Assembly (NCBI GenBank): GCA_951406725.2 | Contig: OX597837.1 | Location: 25,854,001 to 25,918,000 of the forward strand | Origin: Octopus vulgaris | Taxonomy: Eukaryota | Length of the DNA: 64,000 bases | Reading direction: 5' to 3' | In this document: one piece after another, positions 12,319-23,300 of the stretch | Numbering within the stretch: the stretch's first letter is position 1 | Layout of the letters: each line of letters starts with the position of its first letter | The notes under the pieces: model-generated | What the model was told of the DNA's origin: nothing | The model's input: the letters and a program-made list of their open reading frames with translations, nothing else | Database searches by the model: none | Position numbers and translations under genes: made by a program

Positions 12319-12498
12319 GGTGCAGGCGTGGCTGTCGTAAGAGCCTTGCTTCCCAACCACACAGTTCCGGGTTCAGTCCCACTGCATGGCACCTTGGGCA
12401 AGTCTCAGATCAACCAAAGACTTGTGAGTGGATTTGGTAAACAGAAACTATAAAAGAAGTCCATTGGATATATGTGTATATATATATATGTATATATA

Positions 12499-12569
<71 letters not shown>

Positions 12570-13115
12570 ATGTATCATCATCATCGTTTAACGTCCGCTT
12601 TCCATGCTAGCATGGGTTGGACGGTTTGACCGGGGTCTGGGAAGCCAGAAAGCTGCACCAGGCTCCAGTCTGATCTGGCAGTGTTTCTACAGCTGGATGC
12701 CCTTCCTAATGCCAACCACTCCGTGAGTGTAGTGTGTGCTTTTTACGTGCCACCGGCACGGAAGCCAGTCATGGTGATGCTGGCATCGACCACGTACAGA
12801 TGGTGTTTTTTACGTGCCACTGGCACAGGTGCCAGGGGAGGCTGGCAACGGCCACGATCGGTTGGTGGTTTTTATGTGCTACTGACATGGAAGCCAGTCA
12901 AGGCGGCGCTGGCATCGGCCAGGTATGGATGGTGCTTTTTAGGTTCCACTGGCACAGGTGCCACCGGCACACATATGGAAACCACAATTTCTATTTGATT
13001 TTGATGCTGATGTACTTGACTCAATAGGTGTCCTCAAATATATATTTGTGTGTGTCTGTTTGCTCCCACCATCACTTGACAACTGATGTTGATGTGTTTA
13101 CATCCTTGTACTTAG
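12319..13115. mobile_element. SINE A (+) with an RTE 3'UTR (-, ~12574-13037) inserted in its internal microsatellite
   Basis: SINE head 12319-12465, microsatellite, RTE tail, then the SINE resumes at ~13045 (tgtgtctgtttgctccc...cttgacaactgatg). Confidence 0.8.
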
Positions 13116-13132
13116 CAATTGTTCTGTTTCAG

Positions 13133-13168
13133 TCATTGCACAACATTTGTGAGCATAAGAGAGGACAG
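13133..13168 (+). CDS. Candidate 36-nt exon (SLHNICEHKRGQ)
   Basis: ttgttctgtttcag|...GGACAG|gtacga, phase 0-0; the acceptor resembles a SINE tail motif and the donor is weak. Confidence 0.25.
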
Positions 13169-13315
13169 GTACGAAAACCAAATTGATATTATTAATGATG
13201 TAAATATGAAATAGCAAAGATTAAAAAAAAAAAAACTGAACTAGACTCACATGTCTGGTTTAGTTCATCAGTCTTGTTAATTCTACAGCAAAGTTAATCA
13301 ATAATTAAATAGGAT

Positions 13316-14370
13316 AAGGTGGCAAGCTGGCAGAATCGTTACTACATCGGACAAAATGCTCAATGGTATTCTGTCTGTTTTTAAAGGCGGCGAGCTGGCA
13401 GAATTGTTAGCAAGCCGGGCGAAATGCTTAGCGGTATTTTGTCTGCTGTTACGTTGTGAGTTCAAATTCCGCCGAGGTTGACTTTGCCTTTCATCCTTTC
13501 GGGGTCGATAAATTAAGTACCAGTTACGCACTGGGGTCGATGTAATCGACTTAATACCTATGTCTGTCCTTGTTTGTCCCCTCTGTGTTTAGCCCCTTGT
13601 GGGTAGTAAAGAAATAGGTATTTTGTCTGTTTTTATGTTCTGAGATCAAATACCGCTGAGGTCGACTTTGCCTTTCATCCTTTCGGGGTCGATAAATTAA
13701 GTACCAGTTACGCACTGGGGTCGATGTAATCGACTTAATACCTATGTCTGTCCTTGTTTGTCCCCTCTGTGTTTAGCCCCTTGTGGGTAATAAAGAAATA
13801 GGTATTCTGTCTGTTTTTAAAGGCGGCAAGCTGGCAGAAGCGTTAGCACGCCGGGCGAAATGCTTAGCGGTATTTTGTCTGCTGTTACGTTGTGAGTTCA
13901 AATTCCGCCGAGGTTGACTTTGCCTTTCATCCTTTCGGGGTCGATAAATTAAGTACCAGTTACGCACTGGGGTCGATGTAATCGACTTAATACCTATGTC
14001 TGTCCTTGTTTGTCCCCTCTGTGTTTAGCCCCTTGTGGGTAATAAAGAAATAGGTATTTCATCTGCTGCTACATTCTGTGTTCAAATTCCTTCGAGGTCG
14101 ACTTTGCCTTTCATCCTTTCGGGGTCGATAAATTAAGTACCAGTTACGCACTGGGGTCGATGTAATCGACTTAATACCTATGTCTGTCTTTGTTTGTCCC
14201 CTCTGTGTTTAGCCCCTTGTGGGTAGTAAAGAAATAGGTATTCTGTCTGTGTTTATGTTCTAAGATCAAATGCCATCAGGGTCGACTTCACCTTTCATCC
14301 TTTCTGGATCAATTAAATAAAAACCAGTTGAGTACCAGGATTGATGTAACTGACTAACCTTCCCCTCTAC
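13316..14370 (+). mobile_element. Tandem/nested array of tRNA-derived SINE family B (~4-5 units)
   Basis: ggcggcgagctggcagaa head; core gcctttcatcctttcggggtcgataaattaagtaccag repeated at ~13486, 13670, 13922, 14106. Confidence 0.85.
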
Positions 14371-14795
14371 ACTAGCACTATGAAGCCAATAATTAAATAG
14401 GGTAATTAATACAGAATAGAATCATCAGAGCCTCGGACCAAAAGCCATGAAGTATTTAGTCACATTTACATCCAGAGTTCAAATCTTTCTATGGTTGGCT
14501 TTTGTCTTTCATTCTTTTGATAATCAATATAATCTGTATCAGTCGTATTCTGAGATCAATGAATACAAAAACACCTCCCAGTAAAATTTTTCAATGTTAC
14601 AAATCAATGAATAAGAGATCAAACGCATTCATTGATTGACCCATGTAGTTCAGATTTCTAAGTAAAATACAATAGAGTGAAATGCTTTAAATTTGTCTTT
14701 AATCCTAAGAGAATAGATTTCATCCTGTCGTCAGGTGCTCAATTCCAGTTGACAAAACTAGAGACAAGCTGATTGCTGGGGCAATTTATCTTTAA

Positions 14796-15188
14796 TCCTT
14801 TAGCATTCAAATTATTCTGTCAAGTGTAATGCATATCTATTTGCATTTGTTTTGAATTAACCATGCTTTATCTTGTAGCTTTGCGGTTTCAATTCTGAGT
14901 TCAAATTCCGCCGAGGTCGACTTTGCCTTTCATCTTTTCGGGGTCGATAAATTAAGTACCAGTTACGCACTGGGGTCGATGTAATTGACTTAATTCCTTT
15001 GTCTGTCCTTGTTTGTCCTCTCTGTGTTTAGCCCCTTGTGGGTAGTAAAGAAATAGGTTTCAATGATGGGAATACTTCATTTTTGGAATTACATTGTAGG
15101 GTAAGTGTGAAAAGCCAGATCTGGCCAGTTTGAACATAAAACAAGCAAAATATTAGGGCCAGATATGGCTGGTTTAAATGCTAAAGAG
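14796..15188. mobile_element. piggyBac-type MITE interrupted by a SINE B fragment (~14893-15057)
   Basis: TTAA|tcctttagcattcaaa...tttaaatgctaaagag|TTAA. Confidence 0.75.
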
Positions 15189-15431
15189 TTAATCCTAACA
15201 GAATAGACTTCACCCTGCTGGTCAGGTGTTCAATTCTAGTTAACAGAACTAGACACAAACTGATTGATGTGGCAGTTCTAAGATCAAACCTTAAAGAAAT
15301 GGTAAATATTCTAGGATGGAATCAATAAACCATTTTCACGTCTAGTTGAAATCATTTCATTTTGTGTTCATTGTTGAAGCTCAACCAAAAGTCAGGAACC
15401 TCATCATATCATACTGCTACCCTGTTTATTT

Positions 15432-15910
15432 TTTTACTTGCTTCAGTCATTTGATTGTGGCCATGCTGGAGCACCACCTTAAAGGATTTTATTGAAGAAA
15501 TTGACTTGTGGGCTTATTCTTTGTAAGTCAAGTGCTTATTCTATCAGTCTCTTTTACTGAACCACTAAGTTATGGGGACATAAACACACCAGCATTGGCT
15601 GTCAAGCAATGGCGTGGGGACAAACACACACACATAAATACATACAAATAAATATATATATACAATTTAAAAATAGGATAAAATCTTTAAAAGAATTTAT
15701 CAAGTAGTCAGCGTGAAAAGCCTCATAAGAAGAAAATTTTAAAAAATTTTCCCTTTAAATATATATATATATATAATGGACTTTCAATTTCCATCTAACA
15801 AATCCATCTACAAGGGTTTGGTTGGCCCAAGATTATAGTAGGTGCCATACAGTAGGACTGAACCCAGAATCATGTGGTTGGTAAGCAAGCTTTTTACCAC
15901 ACAGCTATGC
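15432..15910 (-). mobile_element. Diverged SINE A with an AT-rich insert in its microsatellite
   Basis: Tail at 15432-15630, head at 15775-15910. Confidence 0.7.
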
Positions 15911-16396
15911 TTATATCAATTAGACGTTAAACGATGATGATGATAATATATATTACTATAACCTTTTCATCAGCAGCTCCTCTAATGCCTCCTCCCCTCT
16001 TAAAAGATTTTGTCTTGCAAGTACTTGATGTCAGTGCAGGTGCCACTTAGAAGCACCCAGTCCACACTGTAAAGTGGGTTGGTGTTCAGAAGGGCAACCT
16101 TGCCAAAACTGACCTCACCTGTGCTTGTGCCACATAAAAAGCACTGAGTCCACTCTGCTGAGTGCATTTTGCTAAACTCATATTTGTCTATAAATCTGGG
16201 ATGGGACTTGACTCTCATAAAAGACAGGATTCCTTTATATTTTAAACCTAGATGGTCCTTAAAAATCATAATCTTACTGTTGTTTAACCTGTTCTTTTGT
16301 TGGTGACCCCATCTTAACCAGGGTTTCAAACCCAACCACTACTAAATCTCACAATCTTTGTCCACTTGACGAAAAGTTTGTTAAGAAACAGACTAA

Positions 16397-16616
16397 CCCT
16401 TTCATTACTAACCCGGCTGAAACCGGCTCTGGCTCTGAGTACAAATGTCTTGTTTTCATAAGTTTTGAATTAAAATCTTCCACCAAACCTTAGTCACAAC
16501 TTATGTTCCTAACACTAGCTGAATGATAACTAAGTTATTTTACTAAATTCTTTGTTATATTTAAAGTAATTGGAAGAAACGCAGAGCATCTCAAAATAAA
16601 TACAGTAACGAAAGGG
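16397..16616. mobile_element. piggyBac-type MITE with CTAA duplication
   Basis: CTAA|ccctttcattac...gtaacgaaaggg|CTAA. Confidence 0.8.
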
Positions 16617-16769
16617 CTAAACAGCTTGATGGTGTGGCACCATTGTACTCTCAGACCCTTCATAACAAACACAGAGCATTGTAATAAGAAACAGTGGCAA
16701 ACAATACCTTGTTGGCTCCTTACAAATAACAGATCCCTACTACTTTCTCAATCCCTGTTCATTCTCCAG

Positions 16770-16920
16770 CTTTTGAAAATCACCTGTGCTTTATCTCTGG
16801 CAATTCAATGTAATCAGAAAGCAGAAAATCCCCAGATTCCATACTCCGGCAACAATACAAAGATTTACAGAGATGTAACACAGTATTTGAAGCTGATGGA
16901 TGTTTGCTTTAGTTTAAAAG
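16770..16920 (+). CDS. Candidate 151-nt exon (LLKITCALSLAIQCNQKAENPQ...VCFSLK)
   Basis: cctgttcattctccag|...TTAAAAG|gttagt, open in phase 0; no recognisable domain. Confidence 0.2.
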
Positions 16921-17396
16921 GTTAGTATTTGGTGTGGCTTAATGCCCTAGGAGCCTTTCAAAGAACGATGCCTGGTAGAATCACCAACAACAGTATTAAA
17001 GGCATTTCACACCTAACTTAACGATGGTGTCAATGTTGTTGGTACAACCATAGGAGAAGCATGAAAAGATGATGAACGCTTGGGTGTATTTATTTCAGTT
17101 TGCAAACACTATTGACATTACTTTGAACATCAACAATTAGTGGTGTGGAGCATCCATTTGTTACCGTGGAGACCAAAGTAAAATATTTATCTGCTACATG
17201 CCCGCCCCCGTTGATTATCCAATGCCAAGCTATGCTAAAACAATGACAGCAACTACCAGGCTTGTTTGTTGATTTCTCTAAATAGGCTTTGCACTTCTCA
17301 TAACCAATACAATTCCTGCTAAATTCTACATTTCCATAGAGAAAAAAAAAAAAGGGTCTCCAAGATGCTGTTCATCTACTTAAAACTTCAAAAACC

Positions 17397-17435
17397 TCTC
17401 TGTCACCTATCTTGAGGTAAGATAGGTGACAGAGA
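17397..17435. repeat. Perfect 17-bp hairpin with 5-nt loop
   Basis: tctctgtcacctatctt-gaggt-aagataggtgacagaga. Confidence 0.95.
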
Positions 17436-17959
17436 TAAGTTCCACAATCTGTTGAGCCTGAAGATTCTCGAAATACAATTTCTGGTGCCCTTTCACAGGA
17501 TAACAAACCTATCACTTTCTTCTCCAGCACTTTCTCTCCCCTTGAACAGAGTCTCACATCAATGAAGAAGGGGGTTAGAAAATGTCAAATCCATCTTTTT
17601 CACTTCTTTATTATATTACATTCACAAATCAATAAGTGATTTTATTCATCTTTTGTCAAAAAACAAAAAGAAAATGAAAAATGGTAAATTTCTTCACTGG
17701 CACATTGAATTAATTGTAATTATACAATTAAACTGTGCAACACAATTTTTGTTCTTGGGTAACAACTGTTATTTCCTATTTGCTCCTCATTAGAAAGTAC
17801 AGATAATGGCTAATATTTCCTTCAGACCTTGCTTTTGTTACATTTATTCAAACCCCAAAGAATCCCTCTCAGCACATGGCTATGATGCTCTCCCCCCACT
17901 ACTCCTGCTCATCATCAGAGATGCACATATTGTCAGCCACTAAGGGACATGTTCAAGTG

Positions 17960-18360
17960 TCCCCAAAGTCCATCCCCTCCTCACCATGGTGCGGACGCTG
18001 GCAACAGGTAGCGTCAGAGCTATGCTGTCGGGAACTTCGGTTCCTGGTAGGCCCACCCAAGGCGGTTTGGTCTGACACAGAGTGGTATTAGGGCCACAAC
18101 CCAGCAGATGGGGCTCTGGTGAAAATCCTCGGAGTGTCTGTTTTGGCAACCGGCGGCTCCTCAGTTGTTCTGTCCCTGCGTCTGCGGACAATCTGCGGCA
18201 AACAGGATGTCTCTACATGCAGGATTGTTGGGGACCGCTTGTGAAATCCACATATTCCCACGAAACTTCTTCTGCCATGGTTCAAGATGCCTCAAGGGTG
18301 GTGGAAGAAGCCGACTCAACCCGCCCAGGGTGAATGTTGCCACAAGTACAAGTAAGTAAG
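17960..18360 (+). mobile_element. GC-rich 401-bp RTE-derived non-autonomous retroposon
   Basis: 11-bp TSD atgttcaagtg/atgctcaagtg; 3' tail caagtacaagtaagtaag; internal gagctatgctgtcggg...cctggtagg resembles RTE (Rex3/Expander-type) 5'UTRs as I recall them. Confidence 0.65.
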
Positions 18361-18871
18361 ATGCTCAAGTGGTAAAGGTCAAGCAAGTGACAAGCAAATC
18401 TGTGGTACTGAACAGAATATTTGCTATAACGATATTTCTGCTTCAGCAACTCAATGTTGAATCTGTTTGAAATGTAATGGGAAATAGGTCAGTTTCAAAA
18501 CATTGATGTCCAAGTCACCAAAGCAAAGTTTTAACAGAATAGTAGTCATTTCCTTTGGTTTCTAGATAGAATCAAGTAAGAAGTAACACATACTGACCAA
18601 GGAAAGAAGAAAAAAATTTTGTTACACAGTGTTATAGCCAACAGACACCAACCATTCACTTGGCAAAAATAACAGCTACCAATGCCCCTCTATATCACTT
18701 CCATTTAGAATCATAAATTCACATAAGTTTTCCCATCAAAATTCAAGTCTTTTGCCCAAAAACTCAATAAAATGTTTGCAACAGGTTTGAGCACTGAATC
18801 CTTGAATCTGATTGTCCACAACCTTGTTCCTGAGGCTGCACTGTATCTACACATGGTTTTACAATAACCAA

Positions 18872-19396
18872 TGCCGGTGGCATGTAAAAAGCACCATCCG
18901 AACGTGGCTGATGCCAGCGCCGCCTTGACTGGCTTTTGTGCTGGTGGCACATAAAAAGCACCATCCGAATGTGGCCGATGCCAGCGCCGCCTTGACTGGC
19001 TTCTGTGCCGGTGGCACGTAAAAAGCACCATTCGAATGTGGCCGATGCCAGCACCGCCTTGACTGGCTTCTGTGCTGGTGGCACATAAAAAGCACCATCC
19101 GAATGTGGCTGATGCCAGCACCGCCTTTTCTGGCTTCTGTGCCGGTGGCACATAAAAAGCACCAACCGATAGTGGCTGCTGCCAGCCTCGTCTGGCACCT
19201 GTGCCGGTGGCACGTAAAAAGCACCCACTACACTCACGGAGTGGTTGGCGTTAAGAAGGGCATCCAGCTGTAGAAACACTGCCAGATCAGACTGGAGCCT
19301 GGTGCAGCCTCCTGGCTTCCCAGACCCCGGTCGAACCGTCCAACCCGTGCTAGCATGGAAAACGGACGTTAAACGAAGATGATAATGATGATGATG
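18872..19396 (+). mobile_element. RTE 3'UTR with ~60-bp subrepeat x4-5 and (GAT)n tail
   Basis: taaaaagcaccatccgaatgtggccgatgccagc repeated at ~60-bp period, then ggacgttaaacgaagatgat. Confidence 0.88.
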
Positions 19397-19709
19397 AATG
19401 ATTTAGGAAATAGTAGAAAGTGTCTGATAAAAGATTTGATACACTTTACAGAGAAAGATAATGATTTTATTTTACAAGAAGTGAAGAGCTGTTTTTATAG
19501 ATAGTGTATCTTTTAATGGAATAAATATCTTAGAATGGTGAGGAAGTTGGAAATATTTATGGCTTATGTAAATGAAGAACCAAAGAGCAAAAGTGTCTGA
19601 AATAAGAATTGTTATGGATAGTTGGTTGTTAGCAGAAGAATTCTTTGATAGAATTGGTAAATGAAAGCATGGGGAAAAGTGGAGTTGGTTTTGAGATTAT
19701 CGTGTAACG

Positions 19710-19830
19710 TGTGTGTACATGTATGTATGTGTGTATGTATGTATGTATGTATGTGTGTGTGTATGTGTGTGTGTATGTGTGTATGTGTGTGTATGTGTGT
19801 ATGTATGTGTGTATGTATATGTGTGTGTGT

Positions 19831-19890
<60 letters not shown>

Positions 19891-19932
19891 ATGTATGTGT
19901 GTATGTATGTATGTGTGTGTGTGTGTGTGTGT
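19710..19932. repeat. (TG)/(TATG) microsatellite
   Basis: Directly visible. Confidence 0.95.
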
Positions 19933-20314
19933 TGATATGATTTATACATCTCTTAAACGATAAAGTATTGATTGATTAGATGGAAACGACAGCAGATGTA
20001 TCTAAGAAAATAATGTGTGTGTGTGTGTGTGTACAGAAGTATTGAACATTATTGATGAGAGTTAATTGAAGAGATTCAGTTTGTTTGGAAAAGTTATAGA
20101 TTTTAATTGGCCAGAGCGTAGGATTGAGGTAGAGGCGGATGACAACAACTTTGGCTCATAATTCTAGAAAGGAAGCAAGGTCTACTAAAAGAGAAAGATA
20201 ACTGTCAGACCCATGCCAGTGTGAAACAGGGACGTTAAATGATGATTGAAATGCTTAAGGAATGGTAACTAGATCTCGACACAGCACAAATGGTAAGAAA
20301 TAAATATTAAATTA

Positions 20315-23300
20315 TTTTGCCAAGTCTGTCCGTAAACGAAGTGATCTCAAGATAAGAAATCTTTGAACTTTAATTCATCCGTATCTCTATTTATTATTAT
20401 TATTTATTAATTATTATTATTCTGATCCCCCTAGTCGCCACTCTGTTTACTATTTCAGCCTCGCCTCGCCTCGCCTCGTCTCGTTTTGCATATTCTGTAT
20501 AATTCACTAGTTATCATTATTGATATTTTTAAGATCTATCTCCCTTATAGAAATTGGCTGCCGATTCTTCGCGGGGTTTTTCTTTTTCTCTTCCCTTCTC
20601 TCCCCCTCTTGTTACATTGTCATCTGTCTGGACTCCTCTCTTCCTACCACCCGCCATGGCTATTGCATACTTAAACTAGTAAACTGCCTCATTCTTGATT
20701 CCGAATTCCTTTTGCCAAGTCTGTCCGTAAACGAAGTGATCTCAAGATAAGAAATCTTTGAACTTTAATTCATCCGTATCTCTATTTATTATTATTATTT
20801 ATTAATTATTATTATTCTGATCCCCCTAGTCGCCACTCTGTTTACTATTTCAGCCTCGCCTCGCCTCGCCTCGTCTCGTTTTGCATATTCTGTATAATTC
20901 ACTAGTTATCATTATTGATATTTTTTAAGATCTATCTCCCTTATAGAAATTGGCTGCCGATTCTTCGCGGGGTTTTTCTTTTTCTCTTCCCTTCTCTCCC
21001 CCTCTTGTTACATTGTCGTCTGTCTGGACTCCTCTCTTCCTACCACCCGCCATGGCTATTGCATACTTAAACTAGTAAACTGCCTCATTCTTGATTCCGA
21101 ATTCCTTTTGCCAAGTCTGTCCGTAAACGAAGTGATCTCAAGATAAGAAATCTTTGAACTTTAATTCATCCGTATCTCTATTTATTATTATTATTTATTA
21201 ATTATTATTATTCTGATCCCCCTAGTCGCCACTCTGTTTACTATTTCAGCCTCGCCTCGCCTCGCCTCGTCTCGTTTTGCATATTCTGTATAATTCACTA
21301 GTTATCATTATTGATATTTTTTAAGATCTATCTCCCTTATAGAAATTGGCTGCCGATTCTTCGCGGGGTTTTTCTTTTCTCTTCCCTTCTCTCCCCCTCT
21401 TGTTACATTGTCGTCTGTCTGGACTCCTCTCTTCCTACCACCCGCCATGGCTATTGCATACTTAAACTAGTAAACTGCCTCATTCTTGATTCCGAATTCC
21501 TTTTGCCAAGTCTGTCCGTAAACGAAGTGATCTCAAGATAAGAAATCTTTGAACTTTAATTCATCCGTATCTCTATTTATTATTATTATTTATTAATTAT
21601 TATTATTCTGATCCCCCTAGTCGCCACTCTGTTTACTATTTCAGCCTCGCCTCGCCTCGCCTCGTCTCGTTTTGCATATTCTGTATAATTCACTAGTTAT
21701 CATTATTGATATTTTTTAAGATCTATCTCCCTTATAGAAATTGGCTGCCGATTCTTCGCGGGGTTTTTCTTTTTCTCTTCCCTTCTCTCCCCCTCTTGTT
21801 ACATTGTCGTCTGTCTGGACTCCTCTCTTCCTACCACCCGCCATGGCTATTGCATACTTAAACTAGTAAGCTGCCTCATTCTTGATTCCGAATTCCTTTT
21901 GCCAAGTCTGTCCGTAAACGAAGTGATCTCAAGATAAGAAATCTTTGAACTTTAATTCATCCGTATCTCTATTTATTATTATTATTTATTAATTATTATT
22001 ATTCTGATCCCCCTAGTCGCCACTCTGTTTACTATTTCAGCCTCGCCTCGCCTCGCCTCGTCTCGTTTTGCATATTCTGTATAATTCACTAGTTATCATT
22101 ATTGATATTTTTTAAGATCTATCTCCCTTATAGAAATTGGCTGCCGATTCTTCGCGGGGTTTTTCTTTTCTCTTCCCTTCTCTCCCCCTCTTGTTACATT
22201 GTCGTCTGTCTGGACTCCTCTCTTCCTACCACCCGCCATGGCTATTGCATACTTAAACTAGTAAACTGCCTCATTCTTGATTCCGAATTCCTTTTGCCAA
22301 GTCTGTCCGTAAACGAAGTGATCTCAAGATAAGAAATCTTTGAACTTTAATTCATCCGTATCTCTATTTATTATTATTATTTATTAATTATTATTATTCT
22401 GATCCCCCTAGTCGCCACTCTGTTTACTATTTCAGCCTCGCCTCGCCTCGCCTCGTCTCGTTTTGCATATTCTGTATAATTCACTAGTTATCATTATTGA
22501 TATTTTTTAAGATCTATCTCCCTTATAGAAATTGGCTGCCGATTCTTCGCGGGGTTTTTCTTTTTCTCTTCCCTTCTCTCCCCTCTTGTTACATTGTCGT
22601 CTGTCTGGACTCCTCTCTTCCTACCACCCGCCATGGCTATTGCATACTTAAACTAGTAAACTGCCTCATTCTTGATTCCGAATTCCTTTTGCCAAGTCTG
22701 TCCGTAAACGAAGTGATCTCAAGATAAGAAATCTTTGAACTTTAATTCATCCGTATCTCTATTTATTATTATTATTTATTAATTATTATTATTCTGATCC
22801 CCCTAGTCGCCACTCTGTTTACTATTTCAGCCTCGCCTCGCCTCGCCTCGTCTCGTTTTGCATATTCTGTATAATTCACTAGTTATCATTATTGATATTT
22901 TTTAAGATCTATCTCCCTTATAGAAATTGGCTGCCGATTCTTCGCGGGGTTTTTCTTTTTCTCTTCCCTTCTCTCCCCCTCTTGTTACATTGTCGTCTGT
23001 CTGGACTCCTCTCTTCCTACCACCCGCCATGGCTATTGCATACTTAAACTAGTAAACTGCCTCATTCTTGATTCCGAATTCCTTTTGCCAAGTCTGTCCG
23101 TAAACGAAGTGATCTCAAGATAAGAAATCTTTGAACTTTAATTCATCCGTATCTCTATTTATTATTATTATTTATTAATTATTATTATTCTGATCCCCCT
23201 AGTCGCCACTCTGTTTACTATTTCAGCCTCGCCTCGCCTCGCCTCGTCTCGTTTTGCATATTCTGTATAATTCACTAGTTATCATTATTGATATTTTTTA

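Noticed and set aside
18711-18860. Minus-strand peptide AASGTRLWTIRF...DLNFDGK resembling a beta-propeller repeat
   Set aside because: Poor splice sites, and the ORF start derives from the RTE repeat.
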